Positions 27,867 through 37,780 of a DNA stretch of 52,449 bases are shown here, piece after piece. This stretch comes from Candidatus Moranbacteria bacterium UBA1302 (lineage in GTDB: Bacteria > Patescibacteriota > Minisyncoccia > Moranbacterales > UBA1568): contig DBUA01000035.1 in the NCBI GenBank assembly GCA_002307715.1, forward strand, positions 1 through 52,449, in the 5' to 3' direction. Made by a program: the position numbers and the translations under genes. The number at the start of each line of letters is the position of its first letter. Position 1 is the stretch's first letter. The notes below the pieces were generated by a model that searched no databases, was not told the DNA's origin, and was given only the letters and a program-made list of their open reading frames with translations.

Positions 27867-27901
27867 TGTGATTATCCAGTAAGACAAGTTATTTCTCGAG
27901 T

Positions 27902-30355
27902 ATGTCGAAAGAAATCGGAGCCTTCCATGATGGAAAAATCGAAGACCGCAGCATCGCCGATGAAGTAAGGCAATCCTATCTTGATTATGCGATGTCCGTT
28001 ATCGTATCGCGTGCATTGCCTGATGTTCGTGATGGTTTGAAACCGGTGCATCGTCGCATTCTGTATTCTATGTGGTCGACCGGTCTCCGTTCCACGGCCA
28101 AGTTCCGGAAATCTGCGACAGTTGTCGGTGAAGTGCTCGGTAAGTATCATCCGCATGGTGATTCTGCCGTATATGAAACCATGGTTCGTTTAGCGCAGGA
28201 TTTCTCCATGCGTTATCCACTCGTGTGGGGACAGGGAAACTTCGGTTCCATGGATGGTGACTCAGCTGCTGCGTATCGTTATACGGAAGCGAAACTCATG
28301 CCGATCGCTGAGGAGATGCTTGTAGATATCGAAAAAGATACCGTTGATTTCATACCGAACTTTGATGGTGTGCACGAAGAACCGGTCGTGTTGCCAGCGA
28401 AATTGCCACAGCTTCTTTTGAACGGCACTGTCGGTATCGCGGTCGGTATGGCTACCAATATCCCGCCGCACAATCTCAATGAGCTTGTGGATGGTATCTG
28501 TCATCTTGTTGACCATCCAGAAGCAAGCGTGGATGATCTCATGGAATTCATCAAAGGTCCGGATTTTCCGACTGGCGGCATCATCTATAATCACAAGGAT
28601 ATTCGTGAAGCCTATGCGTCTGGTAAGGGCCCGATCGTATCACGCGCTAAGGCTGAGATCGTTGAGAATAAAGCGGGACAATTCCAGATCGTTATCACAG
28701 AGATGACGTATGCTACCAACAAGGCGACGCTTATCATGAAGATCGCCGAGCTTGTGAAGGAAGAGAAGATTATCGGTATAAAGGATTTGCGCGATGAGTC
28801 CGATAAGGATGGCGTACGTATCGTTGTAGACCTTAAAAAGGAGGCTTTTCCACAGAAAGTGCTGAATCAGCTTTATCAGATGACTGATTTGCAAAAGAAT
28901 TTTAATGTCAACATGCTGGCGCTTGTTGATGGAACTGATCCGCAGATTCTCACGTTGAAGAGTATTCTTGAACACTATATCAAGCATCGAGAAATCGTCG
29001 TGGTGCGTCGCACGGAGCATGATCTCCAGAAAGCTAAGGATCGAGCGCATATCCTTGAGGGGTTGAAGATCGCTCTTGATCATATTGACCAGATCATTGA
29101 GACCATCAAGAAATCTCCGACCAAAGAGGAAGCGCACGCGAACCTCATGAAGAAATTCAAGCTTTCTGATCGCCAAGCGACAGCTATTCTTGAAATGCAG
29201 CTTCAGCGTCTTGCTGGTCTTGAACGCAAGAAAATTGAGGATGAGCTTGAAGAGAAGCTTAAGCTTATCGCATATCTCGAGGACCTGCTGAAACATCGTA
29301 ATAAGATTCTCGGCCTTGTGAAGAGCGAGCTTTTGGAGGTGCGTGATCGGTTCGGGGATGCCCGTAAGACGAAAGTTATCAAGACTGGCGTTTCAGAATT
29401 CAAGCAGGAAGATCTTATTCCGAATGAAGAGGCGATTATAACGCTCACCGAGGATGGCTATATCAAGCGTATGAACCCGAGCGTTTATCGTGTACAGAAA
29501 CGCGGTGGCAAGGGAGTTATCGGTGCGACCACGAAAGAAGAGGATCGCATAGCGAAAGTGCTTACTATCGAGACGCATGATAATCTCATGTTTTTCACGG
29601 ACTCAGGAAAGGTTTTCCAGACGAAAGCTTATGAGATTCCAGAGTCATCCCGGACTTCTAAGGGTCAGGCAATCGTGAATTTCCTTCAGCTAACGCAGGA
29701 AGAGAAGATTACTGCGGTCATTTCGTTCAAGCCTAGTGATTATAAGTACCTTTTCATGGCAACTCGCAATGGAACCGTCAAGAAGACGAAAATTGAGGAT
29801 TTTGAAAATGTTCGTCGGAGTGGTCTTATCGCGATTACTCTTGAAAAGGGTGATGTGCTTGGTTGGGTAAGTCCGACGACAGGAACAGATGAAGTTGTCA
29901 TGACAACGGCTGACGGTCAATCAATCCGATTCAAGGAGTCAGATGTCCGTCCGATGGGAAGGAATGCAGCCGGCGTGCGAGGCATGAAGATGAAGGATGC
30001 CCAGGACTTGATCGTCGGTATGGATATCGTTGCGAAAGATGCTAAGGATATGGAGGTGCTGGTCCTGTCTCGGCATGGTTATGGTAAACGTAGTGCCCTC
30101 AAACAGTTTAAAGCGCAGAAGCGCGGCGGTTCCGGCATCAAGGCGATGAAGGTGACTGACAAGACCGGTGATATCGTCGGTGCGCTCATCACCAGTATGG
30201 AAAACATCGAGGACGATCTCATCCTCACATCTGAGAAGGGAACGATCATCCGTATTCCGTTCAAGAGCGTACCGCTTCTTGGTCGTGTGACACAGGGTGT
30301 CCGTGTCATGAAACCGCAGGCCGGTGACAGTGTCGCAGCTTTCACGATATTGTAA
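27902..30355 (+). CDS. gyrA: DNA gyrase subunit A
   Basis: It carries [12 protein letters not shown], the active-site [11 protein letters not shown] and C-terminal beta-pinwheel repeats. Confidence 0.97.
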   Translation: MSKEIGAFHDGKIEDRSIADEVRQSYLDYAMSVIVSRALPDVRDGLKPVHRRILYSMWSTGLRSTAKFRKSATVVGEVLGKYHPHGDSAVYETMVRLAQDFSMRYPLVWGQGNFGSMDGDSAAAYRYTEAKLMPIAEEMLVDIEKDTVDFIPNFDGVHEEPVVLPAKLPQLLLNGTVGIAVGMATNIPPHNLNELVDGICHLVDHPEASVDDLMEFIKGPDFPTGGIIYNHKDIREAYASGKGPIVSRAKAEIVENKAGQFQIVITEMTYATNKATLIMKIAELVKEEKIIGIKDLRDESDKDGVRIVVDLKKEAFPQKVLNQLYQMTDLQKNFNVNMLALVDGTDPQILTLKSILEHYIKHREIVVVRRTEHDLQKAKDRAHILEGLKIALDHIDQIIETIKKSPTKEEAHANLMKKFKLSDRQATAILEMQLQRLAGLERKKIEDELEEKLKLIAYLEDLLKHRNKILGLVKSELLEVRDRFGDARKTKVIKTGVSEFKQEDLIPNEEAIITLTEDGYIKRMNPSVYRVQKRGGKGVIGATTKEEDRIAKVLTIETHDNLMFFTDSGKVFQTKAYEIPESSRTSKGQAIVNFLQLTQEEKITAVISFKPSDYKYLFMATRNGTVKKTKIEDFENVRRSGLIAITLEKGDVLGWVSPTTGTDEVVMTTADGQSIRFKESDVRPMGRNAAGVRGMKMKDAQDLIVGMDIVAKDAKDMEVLVLSRHGYGKRSALKQFKAQKRGGSGIKAMKVTDKTGDIVGALITSMENIEDDLILTSEKGTIIRIPFKSVPLLGRVTQGVRVMKPQAGDSVAAFTIL

Positions 30356-30367
30356 CAAGAAGTTCAT

Positions 30368-30397
30368 AAAAAACCGGCTCTCAAAGGCCGGTTTTTT
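30368..30397 (+). terminator. gyrA terminator
   Basis: Hairpin aaaccggc/gccggttt followed by T6. Confidence 0.7.
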
Positions 30398-30401
30398 CTT
30401 G

Positions 30402-30427
30402 AAAAAAGCAGCCAAAAGAGGCTGCTT
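30402..30427 (-). terminator. Terminator of the convergent 30445..30777 gene
   Basis: Hairpin aagcagcc/ggctgctt with T6 on the minus strand. Confidence 0.65.
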
Positions 30428-30444
30428 ATGAAGTGTCCACAAAA

Positions 30445-30777
30445 TCATGGATGGCATGTGATTTCGACGAGATATCGGAGCGGACCGATTTTGAGGATGT
30501 GAGTATCATTGTCGGGAAGCATAATGCTCACGAGTCCATCAGGTTGCTTCGGATTTTCATCCCATGACCAAGCAGGAATTTTGACGGAACTAACGTCGAT
30601 ATGGTTCCCTGAAAGCATGATACGAATTTTCCCATCCCCAAAAAAGCTTTCCATCACCTTGTATGAGCCCTTCAGAGGACCTTGTTTTCCGATGGAGATG
30701 TAACAACTTTGACGGGTGAGGATTTTTTTAAATGAATCGGCAACACGATGAAGAGCGGTTAGCGTTACGGTTACCAT
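30445..30777 (-). CDS. Hypothetical protein (110 aa)
   Basis: The ATG at 30777 is preceded by aaaggaa and the gene has its own terminator. I recognise no motif. The longer 157-aa version lacks an RBS. Confidence 0.5.
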   Translation of the reverse strand: MVTVTLTALHRVADSFKKILTRQSCYISIGKQGPLKGSYKVMESFFGDGKIRIMLSGNHIDVSSVKIPAWSWDENPKQPDGLVSIMLPDNDTHILKIGPLRYLVEITCHP

Positions 30778-31083
30778 GGAATTTTCCTTTCTCAAAGAAC
30801 GACGGAGGACACTGTTACTAAAACATAGAATAATAAAAATGTAAATATCTTCAAGTGAGTGACTATCTTGGTCTATGATATTGTATGTAGGATATCTTCT
30901 TGCGGCGTGCGAGTTCATCTGATTTATGGCACTGATGCCCTCAATACATGCAGATACTTGTGACGATTTGTAATGCGCTCGCGAAGAACGATATGTTCAG
31001 TTTTCTTTTGGCTTTGAAACATTTTTTCTTTACGTGGCTGGGGAATCCGTGGTATCTTTTACCTGCATATTTTTTCTTCATAT

Positions 31084-32268
31084 ATGAAAGATTATTCTGC
31101 ATTACAGCCAAGAAGGAAATCGAGGGTCGTCATGGTGGGCGGCGTCGGTATCGGTGGGGATAATCCGATCCGTGTGCAGACGATGACCAATACTGATACG
31201 CTCGATATCGAAGCGACGGTTGCGCAGATTAAAGCATGCGTGAAGGCTGGTTGCGAGCTCATCCGGCTCACGACGCCGACGCCTCGGCATGCCCAGGCGC
31301 TCGGAGCGATTCGCGAGGCGCTCGCGAAGGATGGCATTACGATTCCGCTCATTGCTGATATCCATTTTTTGCCGGCAGCGGCTTTCGAAGCGCTCAAGTG
31401 GGCGGACAAGATCCGACTCAATCCGGGCAATTTTCTCGATGGTAAGATTTTCCGTGAGTTGGCATTCAATGATGCGAGCTATGCCAAAGAAATTGAAAGA
31501 ATCGAGGAAAGTCTACTCCCGTTTATCGAAGCAGCCAAGACAGCTGGAAAACCGATCCGTATCGGTTCTAATCATGGATCGTTATCAGACCGCGTGCTGT
31601 CACGTTTCGGTGATACGCCACAGGGCATGGTTGAGTCAGCGATGGAATATCTCCGCATTTTCAAAAAATATGATTTTGAGGAAATCATTGTCGCTATGAA
31701 AGCTTCTGATCCGCTTATTATGATTGAGGCGAATCGTCTTTTAGTGTCTATAATGGAAAAGGAGGGCATGGACTACCCTATCCACCTCGGCGTAACGGAA
31801 GCGGGTAATGGCGAAGAGGGAAGAGCCAAGTCGACGCTCGGTATCGGCACGCTCCTTCTCGAGGGTCTGGGCGATACGATCCGCGTCTCGCTCACGGAAG
31901 ACCCGGCGAAAGAGATCCCGACCTGCTATGGCATCCTCCAGGCGACGCATCGGCGCATCACTCGGGCGGAGTTTATCTCGTGTCCATCGTGCGGTCGGAC
32001 ACTTTATGATATCGAGGAAGTGGCAAACATCATCAAAGAACGTCTCGGCCATCTGAAGGGTGTGCGTATCGCCATCATGGGCTGCATCGTGAATGGTCTC
32101 GGTGAGATGGCAGATGCAGACTTCGGGTACGTTGGTGGTGCGCCGGATAAGGTGAATCTGTACTATAAGAAGGAGTTGGTGCGGCGGGATGTGCCGCAGG
32201 CAGAGGCAGTCGATGCGCTCATCGGGCTGATTAAGGAAAAGGGGATGTGGGTTGAGCCAATCGTCTGA
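31084..32268 (+). CDS. ispG: 4-hydroxy-3-methylbut-2-en-1-yl diphosphate synthase (MEP pathway)
   Basis: It carries VGGVGIGGDNPIRVQTMTNTDT, the Fe-S Cys ligands in CPSCGRT and GCIVNGLGE. Confidence 0.93.
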   Translation: MKDYSALQPRRKSRVVMVGGVGIGGDNPIRVQTMTNTDTLDIEATVAQIKACVKAGCELIRLTTPTPRHAQALGAIREALAKDGITIPLIADIHFLPAAAFEALKWADKIRLNPGNFLDGKIFRELAFNDASYAKEIERIEESLLPFIEAAKTAGKPIRIGSNHGSLSDRVLSRFGDTPQGMVESAMEYLRIFKKYDFEEIIVAMKASDPLIMIEANRLLVSIMEKEGMDYPIHLGVTEAGNGEEGRAKSTLGIGTLLLEGLGDTIRVSLTEDPAKEIPTCYGILQATHRRITRAEFISCPSCGRTLYDIEEVANIIKERLGHLKGVRIAIMGCIVNGLGEMADADFGYVGGAPDKVNLYYKKELVRRDVPQAEAVDALIGLIKEKGMWVEPIV

Positions 32269-32350
32269 CCAAAAAAGAGTCTTTGAAATTTGTCAAAAGC
32301 CGGGTTTTTTGGTATGTAGAAGAAGCAGTTCTTTTTAGAAGGAGATCGTT

Positions 32351-32503
32351 GTGGATGAAGAAATACCTGTTCGTATTCCAGGTTTAGGGACTATTCCCTG
32401 TACCAAACGGCTTTATCCGGGTGAACCGCTGAAACAGGAAGGCGGTGCAGGCGATGTCGGAGACGACGCTCCGAAAAATACCGAAGACTCACAGGATGAA
32501 TAA
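32351..32503 (+). CDS. Small acidic hypothetical protein (50 aa)
   Basis: The GTG start lies 5 nt after AAGGAGA. The product is VDEEIPVRIPGLGTIPCTKRLYPGEPLKQEGG..., followed by a clean terminator. Confidence 0.45.
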   Translation: MDEEIPVRIPGLGTIPCTKRLYPGEPLKQEGGAGDVGDDAPKNTEDSQDE

Positions 32504-32517
32504 TAAACAGTTACAAA

Positions 32518-32540
32518 GGCGTGCAATGCACGCCGTTTTT
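32518..32540 (+). terminator. Rho-independent terminator
   Basis: Hairpin ggcgtg(caatg)cacgcc followed by gTTTTT. Confidence 0.65.
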
Positions 32541-32650
32541 CTTGCCTAAAAAACAGATATGTGTTATCGTTCATTTGTTAATTTTTTTACAACGAGCAGA
32601 TGTTGGTCTGAGCAAAGTCAAAGACGAGCATCTTGCTGACAAAAATGCTT

Positions 32651-32914
32651 ATGGCACTTACGCACAAGCAAAAGGAGAAAGTGACTGGTGAAGTGAAGCG
32701 GCACGATAAGGACACGGGTTCCCCGGAATATCAGATCGCTTTGTTCACTGAGCAGATCAAGCGCCTTACGACTCACCTCAAGAAGAATAAGAAGGACTTC
32801 CATTCTCGTCGTGGACTCTTGAAAATGGTTGCGAAGCGTAAAAAGCTTCTCTCATATCTTGAAAAGACGAACGAATCAGCTTATAAGGAATTGGTAACGA
32901 CTCTGGGGCTTTAA
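32651..32914 (+). CDS. rpsO: 30S ribosomal protein S15
   Basis: MALTHKQKEK...DTGSPEYQIALFTEQIKRLTTHLKKNKKDFHSRRGLLKMV. Confidence 0.93.
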   Translation: MALTHKQKEKVTGEVKRHDKDTGSPEYQIALFTEQIKRLTTHLKKNKKDFHSRRGLLKMVAKRKKLLSYLEKTNESAYKELVTTLGL

Positions 32915-32967
32915 TCAAGCCCCTTTTTCTATCATCTGATGATAGCCTTTCGTAAGACGAATGATGT

Positions 32968-33468
32968 ATGGCAAAATTTGCTGAGCAGCGTGTGGGTGTT
33001 TTGGTGGATATTTCCAATCTTTATTATAGCGCCCGAGTGTTGTATGGAAAGAAGGTGAATTATCGTAATATTCTTGAAGCGGCTGCTGGTGGACGTAAGC
33101 TTATCCGCGCTATCGCATATGGCATTAAAACAGCCGAAGCAACAGAAGAAAAGTTTTTCGAAGCCCTCGAGAAGAGCGGCTATGAGGTCAAGACCAAGGA
33201 TCTCCAGATCTTTCCAGACGGATCCAAGAAAGGTGACTGGGACGTCGGCATCGCAGTTGATGCCATCAAGATGGCTCCAAAGCTTGATGCGCTTGTGCTT
33301 CTTTCGGGTGATGGCGATTATGTTTCGCTCGCGGAATATATACAGAATACGTATGGCTGTCGTGTCGAAGTGATTGCTTTCGCCGAATCGGCCTCGGCTA
33401 AATTGATTGATATTGCTGATGATTTCATCAATCTTTCGAGTGATAAGCGACGTTTTCTTATTTCATAG
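32968..33468 (+). CDS. NYN-domain (LabA-like) predicted ribonuclease
   Basis: VGVLVDISNLYYSAR, GDWDVGIAVDAI and LLSGDGDYVSL follow the acidic-residue pattern of NYN/PIN-like nucleases. Confidence 0.8.
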   Translation: MAKFAEQRVGVLVDISNLYYSARVLYGKKVNYRNILEAAAGGRKLIRAIAYGIKTAEATEEKFFEALEKSGYEVKTKDLQIFPDGSKKGDWDVGIAVDAIKMAPKLDALVLLSGDGDYVSLAEYIQNTYGCRVEVIAFAESASAKLIDIADDFINLSSDKRRFLIS

Positions 33469-33663
33469 GTTGATGTTGCATACGAAGACAGTCTTGTTTT
33501 GGCAGGGCTGTTTTTCTTTGACAAAAGGGCGAAAATGACGCTAAACTGAGGGCAGTTAGTCTTAATTCGAGCCTTTTTCAGGTTTATAGCTACACGATTC
33601 TTCACGAAACTCTCGGGGAGAGCCGCGTGTTTATGAGCTTGAATAGGCTATAAGCATTTTTAT

Positions 33664-35784
33664 ATGCAAGAGAAGAAATGGTCTCTCGAACTCGGTGGCC
33701 GCGAACTGATTATCGAGACAGGGACGCTGGCCAAGCAGGCAAGCGGGTCAGTGACAGCGCGTTATGGTGATACGGTTGTCTTGGCAACCGCGACAATGAG
33801 CAAGGAAATGTCCAAGATTACGGGCTATTTCCCACTCATGGTGGACTACGAAGAGCGGTACTATGCCGCGGGCAAGATTAAGGGATCGCGCTTCATCAAG
33901 CGTGAAGGCCGTCCATCGGATGATGCTATTCTTTCGGGGCGCGCGGTGGATCGTACGATTCGGCCATTGTTCGATAGCCGCATGCGCAACGAAGTACAGG
34001 TGGTCGTGACGACACTGTCGTATGATGGAGTGAATGATCCTGATCTCGTAGCGATGATTGCGGCTTCGGCGGCGCTTACGCTCTCGGATATTCCGTGGAA
34101 TGGACCGATCGGAGCGGTACGCGTAGGGCTTCAGAATGGTGCATTCATACTCAATCCTTCAAGCGAGGAGTGTAAAAGTGGCATGCTTGATCTTCTGGTC
34201 TCGGGCACCAAAGACAAGATCAATATGATCGAGTGCGGCGCTAATGAGATTACCGAAGAAAAGATGGGAGAGGCTTTCGAGTTCGCTTTTGAAGCCGTCC
34301 AGAAGATAGCAGCATTCATTGAGGATATCAGGAAAGAAGCTGGCAAAGAAAAGCGTGCTGCGGCTATGCTCCGTGGTTCTGATGAGTTTGAGGCTGATAT
34401 CCGCGCTTTTTGTGAACAGTCTGGTTTGGCAGAAGCGCTCTATCTTCGTCCAAAGCAGTCCATGGAAACGAAGGTTGCTGAAATCAATGCAGAAATCGCG
34501 AAATATGCGATGGAAAAATACTCGGATCAGAAAAATCTGAACGAACTCCTTTCCATTATCACCGAAGAAGTCTCTGACGAAGCGGTGCATGAGAACATCC
34601 TGAAGAAAGGCGCTCGTCCGGATGGCCGCGGTGTGACGGAGATTCGCCCGATCACTTGCAATGTTGGTATCCTGCCGCGTACGCACGGTACTGGCCTCTT
34701 CACGCGTGGTGAGACTCAAGCTTTGACCGTCACGACGCTTGGCGCTCCTGGCGATGAAATGGTCGTTGATACGATGGAAACCGATATCAAGAAGCGTTAC
34801 ATGCACTTCTACAATTTTCCGCCGTATTCCGTCGGTGAAGTGCGTCCGATGCGTGGTCCAGGCCGCCGGGAAATCGGCCATGGTGCACTTGCTGAAAAGG
34901 CACTTGTGCCGGTACTGCCGAGCAAAGAAGAATTTCCTTACACGATTCTTCTTGTTTCCGAGGTGCTCGAGTCAAATGGCTCATCTTCTATGGCTTCGAC
35001 ATGCGGTTCCACACTTTCCCTTATGGATGCTGGTGTACCGATCCGGAAACCGGTTGCGGGTATCGCGATGGGCGTAATTACAGGCAAGGATGGCGAGTAT
35101 AAAGTGCTGACTGACATCCAAGGTTTGGAAGACCATTATGGAGATATGGACTTCAAAGTGGCTGGCACCAAAGATGGTATCACAGCCATGCAGATGGATG
35201 TGAAGATTGATGGTCTGACCCCGGCGATGCTCAAAGTGGCTATCGCGCAGGCGCTCGAAGGTCGACTCTTCATCATGGATAAGATGCTTGCAACGATTCC
35301 GGAAGTGCGCAAGACGATGTCTCCGTACGCGCCGCGCATCATCACGCTCCACATCAATCCGGAGAAGATTCGTGATGTCATCGGCCCGGGCGGCAAGATG
35401 ATCAACCAGATCATCGACGAGACGGGTGTTTCGATCGATATTGAGGATGATGGTTCAGTATTTATCACATCTTCCGAAGAAGCTGGTGCAACAAAGGCGG
35501 TTGAATGGATCACAAATCTCACTCGCGAAGTGAAAGCAGGTGAGCTTTTTCAAGGTCGCATAACGCGCATCATGAATTTCGGCGCTTTTGCTGAAGTATT
35601 GCCGAACCAGGAAGGGTTGATCCATATTTCAGAGCTCGCGGATCATCGAGTCGAAAAAGTGGAAGATGTCGTGCGCGTCGGAGACGTTGTTCCGGTCATC
35701 GTAAAGGAGATAGACGCTCAGGGGCGTATCAATCTTTCGCATAAGGCAGCTCTGAAAAAACTCAGTGACGTTTCAGGTGAATAA
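33664..35784 (+). CDS. pnp: Polynucleotide phosphorylase
   Basis: It has two RNase PH domains followed by KH and S1 ([20 protein letters not shown]). Confidence 0.97.
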   Translation: MQEKKWSLELGGRELIIETGTLAKQASGSVTARYGDTVVLATATMSKEMSKITGYFPLMVDYEERYYAAGKIKGSRFIKREGRPSDDAILSGRAVDRTIRPLFDSRMRNEVQVVVTTLSYDGVNDPDLVAMIAASAALTLSDIPWNGPIGAVRVGLQNGAFILNPSSEECKSGMLDLLVSGTKDKINMIECGANEITEEKMGEAFEFAFEAVQKIAAFIEDIRKEAGKEKRAAAMLRGSDEFEADIRAFCEQSGLAEALYLRPKQSMETKVAEINAEIAKYAMEKYSDQKNLNELLSIITEEVSDEAVHENILKKGARPDGRGVTEIRPITCNVGILPRTHGTGLFTRGETQALTVTTLGAPGDEMVVDTMETDIKKRYMHFYNFPPYSVGEVRPMRGPGRREIGHGALAEKALVPVLPSKEEFPYTILLVSEVLESNGSSSMASTCGSTLSLMDAGVPIRKPVAGIAMGVITGKDGEYKVLTDIQGLEDHYGDMDFKVAGTKDGITAMQMDVKIDGLTPAMLKVAIAQALEGRLFIMDKMLATIPEVRKTMSPYAPRIITLHINPEKIRDVIGPGGKMINQIIDETGVSIDIEDDGSVFITSSEEAGATKAVEWITNLTREVKAGELFQGRITRIMNFGAFAEVLPNQEGLIHISELADHRVEKVEDVVRVGDVVPVIVKEIDAQGRINLSHKAALKKLSDVSGE

Positions 35785-35820
35785 GCGCTGTCTAGTGTTT
35801 GCGACAGTTTGGTGTATACT

Positions 35821-35845
35821 AAAGGAGAGGTAATGCCTCTCCTTT
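35821..35845 (+). terminator. pnp terminator hairpin
   Basis: 10-bp stem aaaggagagg/cctctccttt with a 5-nt loop. The trailing T-run is weak. Confidence 0.5.
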
Positions 35846-35859
35846 AGATTTATCGCAGA

Positions 35860-36963
35860 ATGTTTATGTCACTGTTTTCTTTTGGGACAGAAACCGATCG
35901 TTCAAATAAAAAAGGTGATATCCCGCAGGAGTTTTATGATGCCGTAAGCGTCATGGAAGATGTTCCGTTTGGAAAATTTGAGAAACAGCCTGTGACAACC
36001 TCGCAGATTAGCCAAGCAGAGAAACTCGCAGATGGAGCGAGCCCATTTTTAGATGCGTTTCCTTCAAAAAAAGAAGCGGCTGCAGAAGGTACAATAACAT
36101 TTCAGCCTTCGTCTGAGGATACACAGCCGATAGATGTTCCATCCGAACTTGTTTTTTCTGATGAAATTGACAAAAACACCCGTTTTTCTGAACCAGAAAC
36201 GAAATCTGATTTTTCGTCCCCTAAAAAACATACTGCAACGCTTATCATAGCGATTTCATCTATTGCGATAGTCTGCATCGCTCTCGCGTATTATTTCTTT
36301 TCTTACAGGCCAACGCATCAACAGCCGGAGATGTCGACTTTTTCTGAAGTTTCAGAGTCAACTTCATCCGAAGTACAATCAGAAACGGCAAGTACAATGC
36401 CTTTTGCAACGGATACGCCGAATTATCTGCCTATTGACACCGAAACAGCGACTGCAGAAAGCGTTCGAGCGGCTTTCTTGCAAATTTCAACTCAGATGGC
36501 CGATGCCGGGATGGATCAGCCGGTAGAATTCTTCGTAACGGATAACAACAATAACCCTATCGCATTCAGCCGGTTTGCCTATATGACGGGTATTGCTTTA
36601 CCGGCGGATTTTTTGGCATTGTCCAATGAGACATTTTCGTTCTGTGTTTATAATGATGGAGGACAGATGCGTTTTGTTCTCGATCTTTCATTTAAGGATG
36701 CGGCAACTGCCGAAAAACTTATCACATCGAACGAATCCGGGCTGCCGGCTGCATTCCAAAAATTATTTTACGGAACAGAGGTTATTGCTCCGAATGCAGC
36801 GATATTCCGATCAGGCGCTTATGGCTCCTCAGTTATTCGTTATGTGAATCTTGATATTGATCGTCATTATTCTCTTGATTATGTCATTGAAAATGGCGAG
36901 ATGATAATCAGTTCAAGCAAGGATGCCCTTCGCGCTTTCTTGGCAGTACGACAATCGAAATGA
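35860..36963 (+). CDS. Hypothetical bitopic membrane protein
   Basis: 367 aa with an acidic N-terminal region, a central TM segment (ATLIIAISSIAIVCIALAYYFF) and an extracytoplasmic C-domain without recognisable motifs. Confidence 0.65.
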   Translation: MFMSLFSFGTETDRSNKKGDIPQEFYDAVSVMEDVPFGKFEKQPVTTSQISQAEKLADGASPFLDAFPSKKEAAAEGTITFQPSSEDTQPIDVPSELVFSDEIDKNTRFSEPETKSDFSSPKKHTATLIIAISSIAIVCIALAYYFFSYRPTHQQPEMSTFSEVSESTSSEVQSETASTMPFATDTPNYLPIDTETATAESVRAAFLQISTQMADAGMDQPVEFFVTDNNNNPIAFSRFAYMTGIALPADFLALSNETFSFCVYNDGGQMRFVLDLSFKDAATAEKLITSNESGLPAAFQKLFYGTEVIAPNAAIFRSGAYGSSVIRYVNLDIDRHYSLDYVIENGEMIISSSKDALRAFLAVRQSK

Positions 36964-37106
36964 CGCGAATGGCTGTATAGAAGCTTTTTGATGATGTTAG
37001 AGAAAGTCCGATACTTTATTTTCTGATAGATAGATGTGCGATATCTGGTATGTCCAGTCGATAAGAGAGAAATGCCGATGAATAAGCGTCGTATCATAGT
37101 GATACA

Positions 37107-37135
37107 TTGACCCGAGTCGTTTTTTCTGCTATAAT
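37107..37135 (+). promoter_or_regulatory. Consensus sigma70-type promoter with no downstream ORF
   Basis: TTGACC (37107-37112), exactly 17 nt, TATAAT (37130-37135). Confidence 0.6.
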
Positions 37136-37141
37136 GGATTT

Positions 37142-37750
37142 GTAAGGTTTGATTCTTTGACAACCGCTCCCTCTCTTACTGCGAAAGCAGCCATTCAGGG
37201 ACAGTGGAAGAGCTCTCATCCGCAGCGATGCGTTGCGAAGGAGAACTCTTTCACTGTTCAAGTGTTTCGACAATGCATCGAAACCGCTCCGCCCTAACAC
37301 GGAGACAAAAAACAAAAACAAAAGACGGGGTTAGCTACACAGCGGATGGAAATCGCGTTTGTATCTGCTGCGTAGCTAATGCCCACGCTCTTGAAAATAA
37401 TAAACATCAAGAGAAAAAATAAAAAGAAACAAAAAAATCGTTCTTTCAAACAAAACAAAGGCTTTATGCCAGAGAATGGTGAAGGGAGAAGTGCTTGAAA
37501 CGTTAGGACAAGCGCAAAAAAATGACATGCGCACAAACTACACGAATGTTCCTTGGATCACTGATGCTACTTACCCGGGCTAGGTGACCGAAATATACGT
37601 GTTGGCACATGCAACGTCGGGCGCTACAGAGCCAAAATTTATATTATTTGGGCGTTCATAGCGCCCGGCACCAACAATTCCTGAAGGGAAGGGGTCGGGC
37701 AGAGTATGGAAGAATAGATTGTAGAGATGGCTTGAAAGGCCATTTTTTTA
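37142..37750 (+). ncRNA. Candidate large (~610 nt) structured non-coding RNA, family unknown
   Basis: It is bounded by a consensus promoter and a terminator and has no SD-preceded ORF. Hairpins: ctgc-GAAA-gcag 37179-37190; a 16-bp helix 37201-37217/37241-37257 enclosing cgca-GCGA-tgcg 37221-37232; 37264-37284; 37287-37304; 37331-37379; 37388-37413; 37512-37532. Nested helices span 37600-37676 and 37618-37667. A-rich linkers join them. Confidence 0.55.
37727..37750 (+). terminator. Rho-independent terminator ending the candidate ncRNA
   Basis: Hairpin atggct(tgaaa)ggccat followed by T7. Only the plus strand has the T-run. Confidence 0.7.
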
Positions 37751-37780
37751 TTGTAAAAAAGAGATCAAAATTTTGATCAT

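Noticed and set aside
28262-35522. Numerous 60-240-aa antisense or out-of-frame ORFs inside gyrA, ispG, pnp (and similarly inside nrdA, nrdB, pcrA, the UbiA gene and the flippase gene)
   Set aside because: They are embedded in strongly supported long CDS, lack RBS and recognisable motifs, and have low-complexity or Arg/Ser-rich composition typical of shadow ORFs.
37000-37080. RNase P RNA-like strings: agAGAAAGTCCGat (compare CR-I GAGGAAAGUCCGG) and CCAGTcgatAAGAGAGaAAtGCCGATG (compare E. coli M1 CCAGUGCAACAGAGAGCAAACCGCCGAUGG)
   Set aside because: I could not find the matching P4 3' strand (ACAGAAnCCGGCUUA-like, complementary to aagtccg) anywhere downstream. Only about 40 nt are available upstream for P1-P3, and a consensus promoter lies inside the would-be RNA. 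It is worth an Infernal check but is not supportable by eye.
37204-37422. 72-aa ORF (and antisense ORFs 36879-37163, 37094-37321, 37294-37536) in the yraN-upstream gap
   Set aside because: It has a GTG start without an SD, low-complexity K/T/Q-rich stretches encoded by the A-rich linkers, and a frame that runs through multiple strong helices. I judge it spurious.
37142-37750. tmRNA, SRP RNA or 6S identity for the candidate ncRNA
   Set aside because: There is no tRNA-like acceptor/T-arm (GGTTCGAnTCC...CCA) and no tag ORF ending in hydrophobic residues. There is no SRP domain IV GGAA/AGCA symmetric loop. It is far too long for 6S or SRP.
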